Source: Eledone cirrhosa (Eukaryota). Taken from it: DNA of 64,000 bases. The position numbers and the translations under genes are program-made. Positions 42,776-57,000 of this stretch are shown here, piece after piece (within the stretch, counting starts at the first letter, position 1; each line of letters starts with the position of its first letter). The stretch spans positions 255,998,001 to 256,062,000 of the forward strand of contig OZ024741.1 in the NCBI GenBank assembly GCA_964016885.1. The letters run 5' to 3'. Under the pieces are notes generated by a model that was given only the letters and a program-made list of their open reading frames with translations, ran no database searches and was not told where the DNA came from.

Positions 42776-42852
42776 AAATGACAAATAGACGCGGTTTCAA
42801 ATCTCTATGAATTTCAAATTCATTACATTAATCTTTATTTATACGTTTCGCT
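42776..42852 (+). repeat. 77-bp interruption, copy 12 (AAATGAC, palindromic subtype)
   Basis: Counterpart of copy 10 at +9815. Palindrome at 42807-42823. Confidence 0.95.
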
Positions 42853-45800
42853 TTACGAGTGTTTCGACTTACGAGTGTTTCGACATACGAGTGTTTCGAC
42901 TTCCGAATGTTTTTGCTTACGGGTGTTTCGACTTACAAATGTTTCGGCTTACGAGTGTTTCGACTTACGAGTATTTCGGCTTACGAGTTTTTCGACGTAC
43001 GAATGTTTTGGCTTACGAGTGTTTCGGCTTATGAGTGTTTCGGCTTACGAGTGTTTCGACTTACGAGTGTTTCGGCTTACGTGTGTTTCGACTTACGAGT
43101 GTTTCGACTTACGACTGTTTCGGCTTACGAGTGTTTCGGCTTACGAGTGTTTCGGCTTACGAGTGTTCTGACTTACGGGTATTCTGACATACGAGTGTTC
43201 CGACTTACGAGTGTTTCGGCTTATGAGGGTTTCGACTTACGAGTGCTTCGGCTTACGAGTGTTTCGACTTACAAGTGTTTCGACTTACGAGTGTTTCGAC
43301 TTACGAGTGTTTTGACTTACGGTGTTTCGGCTTACGAGTGTTTCGACATACGAGTGTTTTGACGTACGGGTGTTTCGACTTACGGGTCTTTCGACTTAAG
43401 AGTGTTTCGACTTACGAGCGCTTCGACTTACGAGTGTTTCGACTTACGAGTGTTTCGGCGTATGAGTGTTTTGACTTACGAGTGTTTCGACTTACGAGTG
43501 TTTCGACTTACGAGTGTTTCGAATTACGAGTGTTTCGACTTACGAGTGTTTTGACTTACGAGTGTTTTGACTTACGGTGTTTCTGCTTACGAGTGTTTCG
43601 ACTTACGAGTGTTATGACTTACGGGTGTTTTGACATACGAGTGTTTCGACTTACGAGTGTTTTGACTTACGGGTGTTTTGACATACAAGTGTTTCGATAC
43701 GAGTGTTCTGACTTACGAGTGTTCTGACTTACGAGTGTTCTGACTTACGAGTGTTTCGACATACGAGTGTTTTGACTTACGGGTTTTTCGACTTACGAGT
43801 GTTTCGGCTTACGTGAGTTTCGACTTAAGATTGTTCTGATTTACGAGTGTTCTGACTTACGAGTGTTTCGGCTTATGAGTGTTTCGACTTACGAGTGTTT
43901 CGGCTTACGAGTGTTTCGACTGATGGGTGTTTCGACTTACGAGTGTTTTTACTTACGGTGTTTCGGCTTACGAGTGTTTCGACATACGAGTGTTTTGACT
44001 TACGGGTGTTTCGGCTTACGAGTGTTTCGACTTACGAGTGTTTTGACTTACGGGTGTTTCGACTTACGAGTATTTTTGGCTTACGAGTGTTTCGACTTAC
44101 GAGTGTTTTGACTTACGAGTGTTCTGATTTACGGATGTTTCGACATACGAGTGTTTCGACTTACGAGTGTTTCGACTTATGAGTGTTTCGACTTACGAGT
44201 GTTTCGGCTTACGAGTGTTTCGACTTACGAGTGTTTTGACTTACGGTGTTTCGGCTTACGAGTGTTTCGACTTACGAGTGTTTTGACTTACGGGTGTTTT
44301 GACATACGAGTGTTTCGATACGAGTGTTCTGACTTACGAGTGTTCTGACTTACGAGTGTTTTGACTTACGAGTGTTCTGACTTACGAGTGTTCCGACTTA
44401 CGAGTGTTCCGACTTACGAGTGTTTCGGCTTACGAGTGTTTACGGCTTACGAGTGTTTCGACTTCCGAGTGTTTTGACTTACGGTGTTTCGGCTTACGAG
44501 TGATTCGACTTACGAGTGTTTTGACTTACGGGTGATTTGACTTACGGGTGTTGTGAATTACGAGTGTTCCGATTTACTAGTGTTTTGACTTACGGTGTTT
44601 CGGCTTACGAGTGATTCGACTTACGAATGTTTTGACTTACGGCTGTTTCGGCTTGCGAGTGTTTCGACTTACGAGTGTTTCGGCTTATGGGTGTTTCGAC
44701 TTACTAATGTTTTTACTTACGAGTGTTTCGGCGTACGAGTGTTTTGACTTACGAGTGTTTCGACTTACGAGTGTTTCGACTTACGAGTCTTTCGGCTTAC
44801 GTGAGTTTCGACTTAAGAGTGTTCTGATTTACGAGTGTTCTGACTTGCGGGTGTTCTGATTTACGAGTGTTCCGACTTACGAGTGTTTCGGCTTATTAGT
44901 GTTTCGACTTACGAGTGTTTCGGCTTACGAGTGTTTCGACTTATGGGTGTTTCGACTTACGAGTGTTTTTACTTACGGTGTTTCGGCTTACGAGTGTTTT
45001 GACTTACGAATGTTTTGACTTACGGGTTTTTCCGCTTACGAGTGTTTCGACTTACGAGTGTTTCGGCTTACGAGTGTTTCGACTTACTAATGTTCTTACT
45101 TACGAGTGTTTCGGCGTACGAGAGTTTTGACTTACGAGTGTTTCGACTTACGAGTGTTTCGACTTACGAGTGTTTTAACTTACGAATGTTTTGACTTACG
45201 GGTGTTTCGGCTTACGAGTGTTTCGACTTACGAGTCTTTCGGCTTACGAGTGTTTCGACTTACTAATGTTTTTAATTACGAGTGTTTCGGCGTACGAGTG
45301 TTTCGACTTACGAGTGTTTCGACTTACGGGTGTTTTGACTTACGGGTGTTTCGGCTTACGAGTGTTTTGACTTACGAGTGTTTTGACTTAAGGGTGTTTC
45401 GACTTACGAGTATTTTTGGCTTACGAGTGTTTCGACTTACGAGTGTTTTGACTTACGAGTGTTCTGATTTACGGATGGTTCGACATACGAGTGTTTCGAC
45501 TTACGAGTGTTTCGACTTATGACTGTTTCGACTTACGAGTGTTTCGGCTTATGAGTGTTTCGACTTACGAGTGCTTCGGCTTACGAGTGTTTCGACTTAC
45601 GAGTATTTCGGCTTTCGAGTGTTTCGACGTAAGAATGTTTTGGCTTACGAGTGTTTCGGCTTATGAGTGTTTCGGCCTACGAGTGTTTCGACTTACGAGT
45701 GTTTCGGCTTACGAGTGTTTCAGTGTTTCGGCTTACGTGTGTTTCGACTTACGAGTGTTTCGACTTACGGGTGTTTTGACTTACGGGTGTTTCGGTTTAC

Positions 45801-47849
45801 GAGTGTTTTGACTTACGAGTGTTTTGACTTAAGGTTGTTTCGACTGACGAGTATTTTTGGCTTACGAGTGTTTCCACTTACGAGTGTTTTGACTTACGAG
45901 TGTTCTGATTTACGGATGTTTCGACATACGAGTGTTTCGACTTACGAGTGTTTCGACTTATGAGTGTTTCGACTTACGAGTGTTTCGGCTTATGAGTGTT
46001 TCGACTTACGAGTGCTTCGGCTTACGAGTGTTTCGACTTACGAGTATTTCGGCTTACGAGTGTTTCGACGTACGAGTGTTTCGGCTTACGAGTGTTTCAG
46101 TGTTTCGGCTTACGTGTGTTTCGACTTACGATTGTTTCGACTTACGACTGTTTCGGCTTACGAGTGTTTCGGCTTGCGAGTGTTTCGGCTTACGAGTGTT
46201 TTGACTTACGAGTGTTTTGACTTACGATTGTTTGGCTTACGAGTGTTCTGACTTACGGGTGTTCTGACTTTCGAATGTTCCGACTTACGAGTGTTTCGGC
46301 TTATGAGGGTTTCGACTTACGAGTGCTTCGGCTTACGAGTGTTTCGACTTACGAGTGTTTCGGCTTACGAGTGTTTCGACTTACGAGTGTTTCGACTTAC
46401 GAGTGTTTTGACTTACGGTGTTTCGGCTTACGAGTGTTTCGACATACGAGTGTTTTGACGTACGGGTGTTTCGACTTACGGGTCTTTCGACTTAAGAGTG
46501 TTTCTACTACCGAGCGCTTCGACTTACGAGTGTTTCGACTTACGAGTGTTTCGGCGTATGAGTGTTTTGACTTACGAGTGTTTCGACTTACGAGTGTTTC
46601 GAATTACGAGTGTTTCGACTTACGAGTGTTTTGACTTACGAGTGTTTTGACTTCGGTGTTTCTGCTTACGAGTGTTTCGACTTACGAGTGTTATGACTTA
46701 CGGGTGTTTTCACATACGAGTGTTTCGACTTACGAGTGTTTTGACTTACGGGTGTTTTGACATACGAGTGTTTCGATACGAGTGTTCTGACTTACGAGTG
46801 TTCTGACTTACGAGTGTTCTGACTTACGAGTGTTTCGACATACGAGTGTTTTGACTTACGGGTGTTTCGACTTACGAGTGTTTTCACTTACGAATGTTTT
46901 GACTTACGGGTGTTTCGGCTTACGAGTGTTTCGACTTACGAGTCTTTCGGCTTACGAGTGTTTCGACTTACTAATGTTTTTACTTACGAGTGTTTCGGCG
47001 TACGAGTGTTTCGACTTCCGAGTGTTTCGACTTACGGGTGTTTTGACTGACGGGTGTATCGGCTTACGAGTGTTTTGACTTACGAGTGTTTTGACTTAAG
47101 GGTGTTTCGACTTACGAGTATTTTTGGCTTACGAGTGTTTCGACTTACGAGTGTTTTGACTTACGAGTGTTCTGATTTACGGATGTTTCGACATACGAGT
47201 GTTTCGACTTACGAGTGTTTCGACTTATGAGTGTTTCGACTTACGAGTGTTTCGACTTACGAGTGTTTCGGCTTGTGATTGTTTCGACTTACGAGTGTTT
47301 TGACTTACGGTGTTTCAGCTTACGAGTGTTTCGACTTACGAGTGTTTTGACTTACGGGTGTTTTGACATACGAGTGTTTCGATACGAGTGTTCTGACTTA
47401 CGAGTGTTCTGACTTACGAGTGTTTTGACTTACGAGTGTTCTGACTTACGAGTGTTCCGACTTACGAGTGTTCCGACTTACGAGTGTTTCGGCTTACGAG
47501 TGTTTTGACTTAAGGGTGTTTCGACTTACGAGTGTTTCGATACGAGTGTTTCGACTTACGAGTGTTTCGGCTTACGAGTGTTTCGACTTACGAGTGTTTC
47601 GACTTACGAGTGTTCCGACTTACGGGTGTTTCGACTTACGAGTGTTTTGGCTTACGGTGTTTCGACTTACGAGTGTTTCGAGTTAAGAGTGTTTTGACTT
47701 ACGAGTGTTCTGATTTACGAGTGTTCTGACTTACGAGTGTTCTGACTTACGAGTGTTCTGACTTACGAGTGTTCTGACTTACGAGTGTTCCGACTTTACG
47801 AGTGTTTCGGCTCACGAGTGTTTCGGCTTACGAGTGTTTCGACTTACGA

Positions 47850-47926
47850 AAATAACAAATAGACGCGGTTTCAAATCTCTATGCTTTTCAAATTCATTAC
47901 ATTAATCTTTATTTATACGTTTCGCT
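47850..47926 (+). repeat. 77-bp interruption, copy 13
   Basis: Majority-type 77-mer. Confidence 0.95.
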
Positions 47927-49606
47927 TTACGAGTGTTTCGACTTACGAGTGTTTCGACATACGAGTGTTTCGACTTACGAATGTTTTTGCTTACGGGTGT
48001 TTCGACTTACGAATGTTTTTGCTTACGAGTGTTTCGGTTTACGAGTGTTCCGACTTACGAGTGTTCCGACTTACGAGTGTTTCGGCTTACGTGTGTTTCC
48101 GGCTTACGAGTGTTTCAACTTACGAGTGTTCTGAATTACGAGTGTTCTGATTTACGGATGTTTCGACACACGAGTGTTTCCAATTACGAGTGTTTCGACT
48201 TACGAGTGTTTTGACTTACGGGTGTTTTGACATACGAGTGTTTCGATACGAGTGTTTCGACTTATGAGTGTTTCGACTTACGAGTGTTCTGACTTACGAG
48301 TGTTCTGACTTACGAGTGTTCTGATTTACGGATGTTTCGACACACGAGTGTTTCGATACGAGTGTTTCGACTTACGAGTGTTTCGACTTATGAGTGTTTC
48401 GACTTACGAGTGTTCTGACTTATGAGTGTTCTGACTTGCGAGTGTTCCGACTTACGAGTGTTTCGGTTTACGAGTGTTTCGACATACGAGTGTTTTGACT
48501 TACGGGTGTTTCGACTTACGGGTGTTTCGACTTACGAGTGTTTTGGCTTACGAGTGTTTCGACTTACTAATGTTTTTACTTACGAGTGTTTCGGTGTACG
48601 AATGTTTTGACTTAAGGATATTTCGACTTACGAGTGTTTCGACTTACGAGTGTTTCGGCTTACGTGAGTTTCGACTTAAGATTGTTCTGATTTACGAGTG
48701 TTCTGACTTACGAGTGTTTCGGCTTATGAGTGTTTCGACTTACGAGTGTTTCGGCTTACGAGTGTTTCGACTTATGGGTGTTTCGACTTACGAGTGTTTT
48801 TACTTACGGTGTTTCGGCTTACGAGTGTTTCGACATACGAGTGTTTTGACTTACGGGTGTTTCGGCTTACGAGTGTTTCGACTTACGAGTGTTTTGACTT
48901 ACGGGTGTTTCGACTGACGAGTATTTTTGGCTTACGAGTGTTTCGACTTACGATTGTTTTGACTTACGAGTGTTCTGATTTACGGATGTTTCGACATACG
49001 AGTGTTTCGACTTACGAGTGTTTCGACTTACGTGTGTTTCCGGCTTACGAGTGTTTCAACTTACGAGTGTTCTGACTTACGAGTGTTCTGATTTACGGAT
49101 GTTTCGACACACGAGTGTTTCGAATTACGAGTGTTTCGACTTACGAGTGTTTTGACTTACGGGTGTTTTGACATACGAGTGTTTCGATACGAGTGTTTCG
49201 ACTTACGAGTGTTCTGACTTACGAGTGTTCTGTCTTACGAGTGTTCTGACTTACGAGTGTTCTTACTTACGAGTGTTCCGACTTACGAGTGTTCCGACTT
49301 ACGAGTGTTTCGGCTTACGAGTGTTTCGGCTTACGAGTGTTTCGACTTACGAATGTTTCGACTTACGAGTGTTCCGACTTACGGGTGTTTCGACTTACGA
49401 GTGTTTTGGCTTACGGTGTTTCGGCTTACGAGTGTTTCGAGTTACGAGTGTTTTGACTTACACGTGTTTTGACATACGAGTGTTTCGATACGAGTGTTCT
49501 GACTTACGAGTGTTCTGACTTACGAGTGTTCTGACTTACGAGTGTTCCGACTTTACGAGTGTTTCGGCTCACGAGTGTTTCGGCTTACGAGTGTTTCGAC
49601 TTACGA

Positions 49607-49683
49607 AAATAACGAATAGACGCGGTTTCAAATCTCTATGCTTTTCAAATTCATTACATTAATCTTTATTTATACGTTTCGCT
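49607..49683 (+). repeat. 77-bp interruption, copy 14 (AACGAAT subtype)
   Basis: Shares AACGAAT with copy 2 (offset 42,375). Confidence 0.95.
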
Positions 49684-51029
49684 TTACGAGTGTTTCGACT
49701 TACGAGTGTTTCGACATACGAGTGTTTCGGCTTACGAGTGTTTTGATTTACGAGTGTTTTGACTTACGGGTGCTTCGACTTACGCGTGTTTCGACTTACG
49801 AGTGTTTCGACTTACGAGTGTTTCGACTTACGAGTGTTTCGGCTTACGAGTGTTTTGACTTACGAATGTTTTGACTTACGATTGTTTCGGCTTACGAGTG
49901 TTTCGACTTACGAGTGTTCTGACTACGAGTGTTCTGACTTACGGGTGTTCTGACTTACGAGTGTTCCGACTTACGAGTGTTTCGGCTTATGAGTGTTTCG
50001 ACTTACGAGTGCTTCGACTTACGAGTGTTTCGGCTTACGGGTGTTTCGACTTACGAATGTTTTTGCTTACGAGTGTTTCGGCTTACGAGTGTTTCGGCTT
50101 ATGAGTGTTTCGACTTACGAGTGTTTTGACTTACGGGTGTTTTGACATACGAGTGTTTCGATACGATTGTTCTGACTTACGAGTGTTTCCGCTTACGAGT
50201 GTTTCGGCTTACGAGTGTTTCGACTTACTAATGTTTTGGCTTACGAATGTTTTGACTTACGGGTGTTTCGACTTACGAGTGTTTCGGCTTATGAGTGTTT
50301 CGACTTACGGGCGTTTCGACTTACGGGTGTTTCGACTTACGAGTGTTTTGGCTTACGAATGTTTTGACTTACGGGTGTTTCGACTTACGAGTGTTTCGAC
50401 TTATGAGTGTTTCGAATTACGAGTGTTTCGGCTTATGAGTGTTTCGACTTACGAGTGCTTCGACTTATGTGTATTTCGGCTTACGAGTGTTTCGACGTAC
50501 GAATGTTTTGGCTTACGAGTGTTTCGGCTTATGAGTGTTTCGGCTTACGAGTGTTTCGACTTACGAGTGTTTCGGCTTACGAGTGTTTCAGTGTTTCGGC
50601 TTACGTGTGTTTCGACTTACGAGTGTTTCGACTTACGACTGTTTCGGCTTACGAGTGTTTCGGCTTACGAGTGTTTTGGCTTACGAGTGTTTTGACTTAC
50701 GATTGTTTGGCTTACGAGTGTTCTGACTTACGGGTGTTCTGACTTACGAGTGTTCCGACTTACGAGTGTTTCGGCTTATGAGGGTTTCGACTTACGAGTG
50801 CTTCGGCTTACGAGTGTTTCGACTTACGAGTGTTTCGGCTTACGAGTGTTTCGACTTACGAGTGTTTTGACTTACGGTGTTTCGGCTTACGAGTGTTTCG
50901 ACATACGAGTGTTTTGACGTACGGGTGTTTCGACTTACGGGTCTTTCGACTTAAGAGTTTTTCGACTTACGAGCGCTTCGACTTACGAGTGTTTCGACTT
51001 ACGAGTGTTTCGGCGTATGAGTGTTTTGA

Positions 51030-54000
51030 CTTACGAGTGTTTCGACTTACGAGTGTTTCGACTTACGAGTGTTTCGAATTACGAGTGTTTCGACTTACGA
51101 GTGTTTTGACTTACGAGTGTTTTGACTTACGGTGTTTCTGCTTACGAGTGTTTCGACTTTCGAGTGTTATGACTTACGGGTGTTTTGACATACGAGTGTT
51201 TCGACTTACGAGTCTTACGGCTTACGAGTGTTTCGACTTACTAATGTTTTTACTTACGAGTGTTTCGGCGTACGAGTGTTTCGACTTCCGAGTGTTTCGA
51301 CTTACAGGTGTTTTGACTTACGGGTGTTTCGGCTTACGAGTGTTTTGACTTACGAGTGTTTTGACTTAAGGGTGTTTCGACTTACGAGTATTTTTGGCTT
51401 ACGAGTGTTTCGACTTACGAGTGTTTTGACTTACGAGTGTTCTGATTTACGGATGTTTCGACATACGAGTGTTCTGACTTACGAGTGTTCCGACTTACGA
51501 GTGTTCCGACTTACGAGTGTTTCGGCTTACGAGTGTTTCCGGCTTACGAGTGTTTCGACTTACGAGTGTTTTGACTTACGGTGTTTCGGCTTACGAGTGA
51601 TTCGACTTACGAGTGTTTTGACTTACGAGTGTTTCGACTTACGAGTGTTTTGACTTACGAATGTTTTGACTTACGGGTGTTTCGGCTTACGAGTGTTTCG
51701 ACTTACGAGTGTTTCGGCTTGCGAGTGTTTCGACTTACTAATGTTTTTACTTACGAGTGTTTAGGCGTACGAGTGTTTCGACTTACGAGTGTTTCGACTT
51801 ACGGGTGTTTTGACTTACGGGTGTTTCGGCTTACCAGTGTTTCGACTTACGAGTGATTTGACTTAAGGGTGTTTCGACATACGAGTGTTTCGACTTACGA
51901 GTGTTTCGACTTACGAGTGTTTCGGATTACGAGTGTTTTGACTTCAGGGTGTTTAGACTTACGAGTGTTTCGATACGAGTGTTTCGACTTACGAGTGTTC
52001 TGACTTACGAGTATTCTGATTTACGGATGTTTCGACACACGAGTGTTTCGAATTACGAGTGTTTCGACTTACGAGTGTTTTGACTTACGGGTGTTTTGAC
52101 ATACGAGTGTTTCGATACGAGTGTTTCGACTTATGAGTGTTTCGACTTACGAGTGTTCTGACTTACGAGAGTTCTGACTTACGAGTGTTCTGATTTACGG
52201 ATGTTTCGACACACGAGTGTTTCGATACGAGTGTTTCGACTTACGAGTGTTTCGACTTATGAGTGTTTCGTCTTACGAGTGTTCTGACTTATGAGTGTTC
52301 TGACTTACGAGTGTTCCGACTTACGAGTGTTTCGGTTTACGAGTGTTTCGACATACGAGTGTTTTGACTTACGGGTGTTTCGACTTACGGGTGTTTCGAC
52401 TTACGAGTGTTTTGGCTTACGAGTGTTTCGACTTACTAATGTTTTTACTTACGAGTGTTTCGGTGTACGAATGTTTTGACTTAAGGATATTTCGACTTAC
52501 GAGTGTTTCGACTTACGAGTGTTTCGGCTTACGTGAGTTTCGACTTAAGATTGTTCTGATTTACGAGTGTTCTGAATTACGAGTGTTTCGGCTTATGAGT
52601 GTTTCGACTTACGAGTGTTTCGGCTTACGAGTGTTTCGACTTATGGGTGTTTCGACTTACGAGTGTTTTTACTTACGGTGTTTCGGCTTACGAGTGTTTC
52701 GACATACGAGTGTTTTGACTTACGGGTGTTTCGGCTTACGAGTGTTTCGACTTACGAGTGTTTTGACTTACGGGTGTTTCGACTGACGAGTATTTTTGGC
52801 TTACGAGTGTTTCGACTTACGATTGTTTTGACTTACGAGTGTTCTGATTTACGGATGTTTCGACATACGAGTGTTTCGACTTACGAGTGTTTCGACTTAC
52901 GAGTGTTTTAACTTACGAATGTTTTGACTTACGGGTGTTTCGGCTTACGAGTGTTTCGACTTACGAGTCTTTCGGCTTACGAGTGTTTCGACTTACTAAT
53001 GTTTTTACTTACGAGTGTTTCGGCGTACGAGTGTTTCGACTTACGAGTGTTTCGACTTACGGGTGTTTTGACTTACGGGTGTTTCGGCTTACGAGTGTTT
53101 TGACTTACGAGTGTTTTGACTTAAGGGTGTTTCGACTTACGAGTATTTTTGGCTTACGTGTGTTTCGACTTACGAGTGTTTTGACTTACGAGTGTTCTGA
53201 TTTACGGATGTTTCGACATACGAGTGTTTCGACTTACGAGTGTTTCGACTTATGACTGTTTCGACTTACGAGTGTTTCGGCTTATGAGTGTTTCGACTTA
53301 CGAGTGCTTCGGCTTACGAGTGTTTCGACTTACGAGTATTTCGGCTTTCGAGTGTTTCGACGTAAGAATGTTTTGGCTTACGAGTGTTTCGGCTTATGAG
53401 TGTTTCGGCCTACGAGTGTTTCGACTTACGAGTGTTTCGGCTTACGAGTGTTTCAGTGTTTCGGCTTACGTGTGTTTCGACTTACGAGTGTTTCGACTTA
53501 CGACTGTTTCGGCTTACGAGTGTTTCGGCTTACGAGTGTTTCGACTTACGAGTGTTTTGACTTACGAATGTTTTGACTTACGGGTGTTTCGGCTTACGAG
53601 TGTTTCGACTTACGATTCTTTCGGCTTACGAGTGTTTCGACTTACTAATGTTTTTACTTACGAGTGTTTCGGCGTACGAGTGTTTCGACTTACGAGTGTT
53701 TCGACTTACGGGTGTTTTGACTTACGGGTGTTTCGGCTTACGAGTGTTTTGACTTACGAGTGTTTTGACTTAAGGGTGTTTCGACTTACGAGTATTTTTG
53801 GCTTACGAGTGTTTCGACTTACGAGTGTTTTGACTTACGAGTGTTCTGATTTACGGATGTTTCGACATACGAGTGTTTCGACTTACGAGTGTTTCGACTT
53901 ACTAATGTTCTTACTTACGAGTGTTTCGGTGTACGAGAGTTTTGACTTACGAGTGTTTCGACTTACGAGTGTTTCGACTTACGAGTGTTTTGACTTACGA

Positions 54001-57000
54001 ATGTTTTGACTTACGGGTGTTTCGGCTAACGAGTGTTTCGACTTACGAGTCTTTCGGCTTACGAGTGTTTCGACTTACTAATGTTTTTACTTACGAGTGT
54101 TTCGGCGTACGAGTGTTTCGACTTACGAGTGTTTCGACTTACGGGTGTTTTGACTTACGGGTGTTTCGGCTTACGAGTGTTTTGACTTACGAGTGTTTTG
54201 ACTTAAGGTTGTTTCGACTGACGAGTATTTTTGGCTTACGAGTGTTTCCACTTACGAGTGTTTTGACTTACGAGTGTTCTGATTTACGGATGTTTCGACA
54301 TACGAGTGTTTCGACTTACGAGTGTTTCGACTTATGAGTGTTTCGACTTACGAGTGTTTCGGCTTATGAGTGTTTCGACTTACGAGTGCTTCGGCTTACG
54401 AGTGTTTCGACTTACGAGTATTTCGGCTTACGAGTGTTTCGACGTACGAATGTTTTGGCTTACGAGTGTTTCGGCTTATGAGTGTTTCGGCTTACGAGTG
54501 TTTCGATTTACGAGTGTTTCGGCTTACGAGTGTTTCAGTGTTTCGGCTTACGTGTGTTTCGACTTACGATTGTTTCGACTTACGACTGTTTCGGCTTACG
54601 AGTGTTTCGGCTTGCGAGTGTTTCGGCTTACGAGTGTTTTGACTTACGAGTGTTTTGACTTACGATTGTTTGGCTTACGAGTGTTCTGACTTACGGGTGT
54701 TCTGACTTTCGAATGTTCCGACTTACGAGTGTTTCGGCTTATGAGGGTTTCGACTTACGAGTGCTTCGGCTTACGAGTGTTTCGACTTACGAGTGTTTCG
54801 GCTTACGAGTGTTTCGACTTACGAGTGTTTCGACTTACGAGTGTTTCGAATTACGAGTGTTTCGACTTACGAGTGTTTTGACTTACGAGTGTTTTGACTT
54901 ACGGTGTTTCTGCTTACGAGTGTTTCGACTTTCGAGTGTTATGACTTACGGGTGTTTTGACATACGAGTGTTTCGACTTACGAGTCTTACGGCTTACGAG
55001 TGTTTCGACTTACTAATGTTTTTACTTACGAGTGTTTCGGCGTACGAGTGTTTCGACTTCCGAGTGTTTCGACTTACAGGTGTTTTGACTTACGGGTGTT
55101 TCGGCTTACGAGTGTTTTGACTTACGAGTGTTTTGACTTAAGGGTGTTTCGACTTACGAGTATTTTTGGCTTACGAGTGTTTCGACTTACGAGTGTTTTG
55201 ACTTACGAGTGTTCTGATTTACGGATGTTTCGACATACGAGTGTTCTGACTTACGAGTGTTCCGACTTACGAGTGTTCCGACTTACGAGTGTTTCGGCTT
55301 ACGAGTGTTTCCGGCTTACGAGTGTTTCGACTTACGAGTGTTTTGACTTACGGTGTTTCGGCTTACGAGTGATTCGACTTACGAGTGTTTTGACTTACGA
55401 GTGTTTCGACTTACGAGTGTTTTGACTTACGAATGTTTTGACTTACGGGTGTTTCGGCTTACGAGTGTTTCGACTTACGAGTGTTTCGGCTTGCGAGTGT
55501 TTCGACTTACTAATGTTTTTACTTACGAGTGTTTAGGCGTACGAGTGTTTCGACTTACGAGTGTTTCGACTTACGGGTGTTTTGACTTACGGGTGTTTCG
55601 GCTTACCAGTGTTTCGACTTACGAGTGATTTGACTTAAGGGTGTTTCGACATACGAGTGTTTCGACTTACGAGTGTTTCGACTTACGAGTGTTTCGGATT
55701 ACGAGTGTTTTGACTTCAGGGTGTTTAGACTTACGAGTGTTTCGATACGAGTGTTTCGACTTACGAGTGTTCTGACTTACGAGTATTCTGATTTACGGAT
55801 GTTTCGACACACGAGTGTTTCGAATTACGAGTGTTTCGACTTACGAGTGTTTTGACTTACGGGTGTTTTGACATACGAGTGTTTCGATACGAGTGTTTCG
55901 ACTTATGAGTGTTTCGACTTACGAGTGTTCTGACTTACGAGAGTTCTGACTTACGAGTGTTCTGATTTACGGATGTTTCGACACACGAGTGTTTCGATAC
56001 GAGTGTTTCGACTTACGAATGTTTCGACTTATGAGTGTTTCGTCTTACGAGTGTTCTGACTTATGAGTGTTCTGACTTACGAGTGTTCCGACTTACGAGT
56101 GTTTCGGTTTACGAGTGTTTCGACATACGAGTGTTTTGACTTACGGGTGTTTCGACTTACGGGTGTTTCGACTTACGAGTGTTTTGGCTTACGAGTGTTT
56201 CGACTTACTAATGTTTTTACTTACGAGTGTTTCGGTGTACGAATGTTTTGACTTAAGGATATTTCGACTTACGAGTGTTTCGACTTACGAGTGTTTCGGC
56301 TTACGTGAGTTTCGACTTAAGATTGTTCTGATTTACGAGTGTTCTGACTTACGAGTGTTTTGACTTACGGGTGTTTCGGCTTACGAGTGTTTCGACTTAC
56401 GAGTCTTTCGGCTTACGAGTGTTTCGACTTACTAATGTTTTTACTTACGAGTGTTTCGGCGTACGAGTGTTTCGACTTACGAGTGTTTCGACTTACGGGT
56501 GTTTTGACTTACGGGTGTTTCGGCTTACGAGTGTTTTGACTTACGAGTGTTTTGACTTAAGGGTGTTTCGACTTACGAGTATTTTTGGCTTACGTGTGTT
56601 TCGACTTACGAGTGTTTTGACTTACGAGTGTTCTGATTTACGGATGTTTCGACATACGAGTGTTTCGACTTACGAGTGTTTCGACTTATGACTGTTTCGA
56701 CTTACGAGTGTTTCGGCTTATGAGTGTTTCGACTTACGAGTGCTTCGGCTTACGAGTGTTTCGACTTACGAGTATTTCGGCTTTCGAGTGTTTCGACGTA
56801 AGAATGTTTTGGCTTACGAGTGTTTCGGCTTATGAGTGTTTCGGCCTACGAGTGTTTCGACTTACGAGTGTTTCGGCTTACGAGTGTTTCAGTGTTTCGG
56901 CTTACGTGTGTTTCGACTTACGAGTGTTTCGACTTACGACTGTTTCGGCTTACGAGTGTTTCGGCTTACGAGTGTTTCGACTTACGAGTGTTTTGACTTA

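Larger units (their letters stand above)
31893..48430 (+). repeat. Modified higher-order tandem duplication (inferred ancestral unit 6,892 bp; copies 31893-41707 and 41708-48430)
   Basis: ORF offsets are +9815 (32053/41868 to 36460/46275), +6892 (36971/43863 to 39938/46830) and +6716 (40499/47215, 41165/47881). 9815-2923=6892 and 6892-176=6716. Confidence 0.85.
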
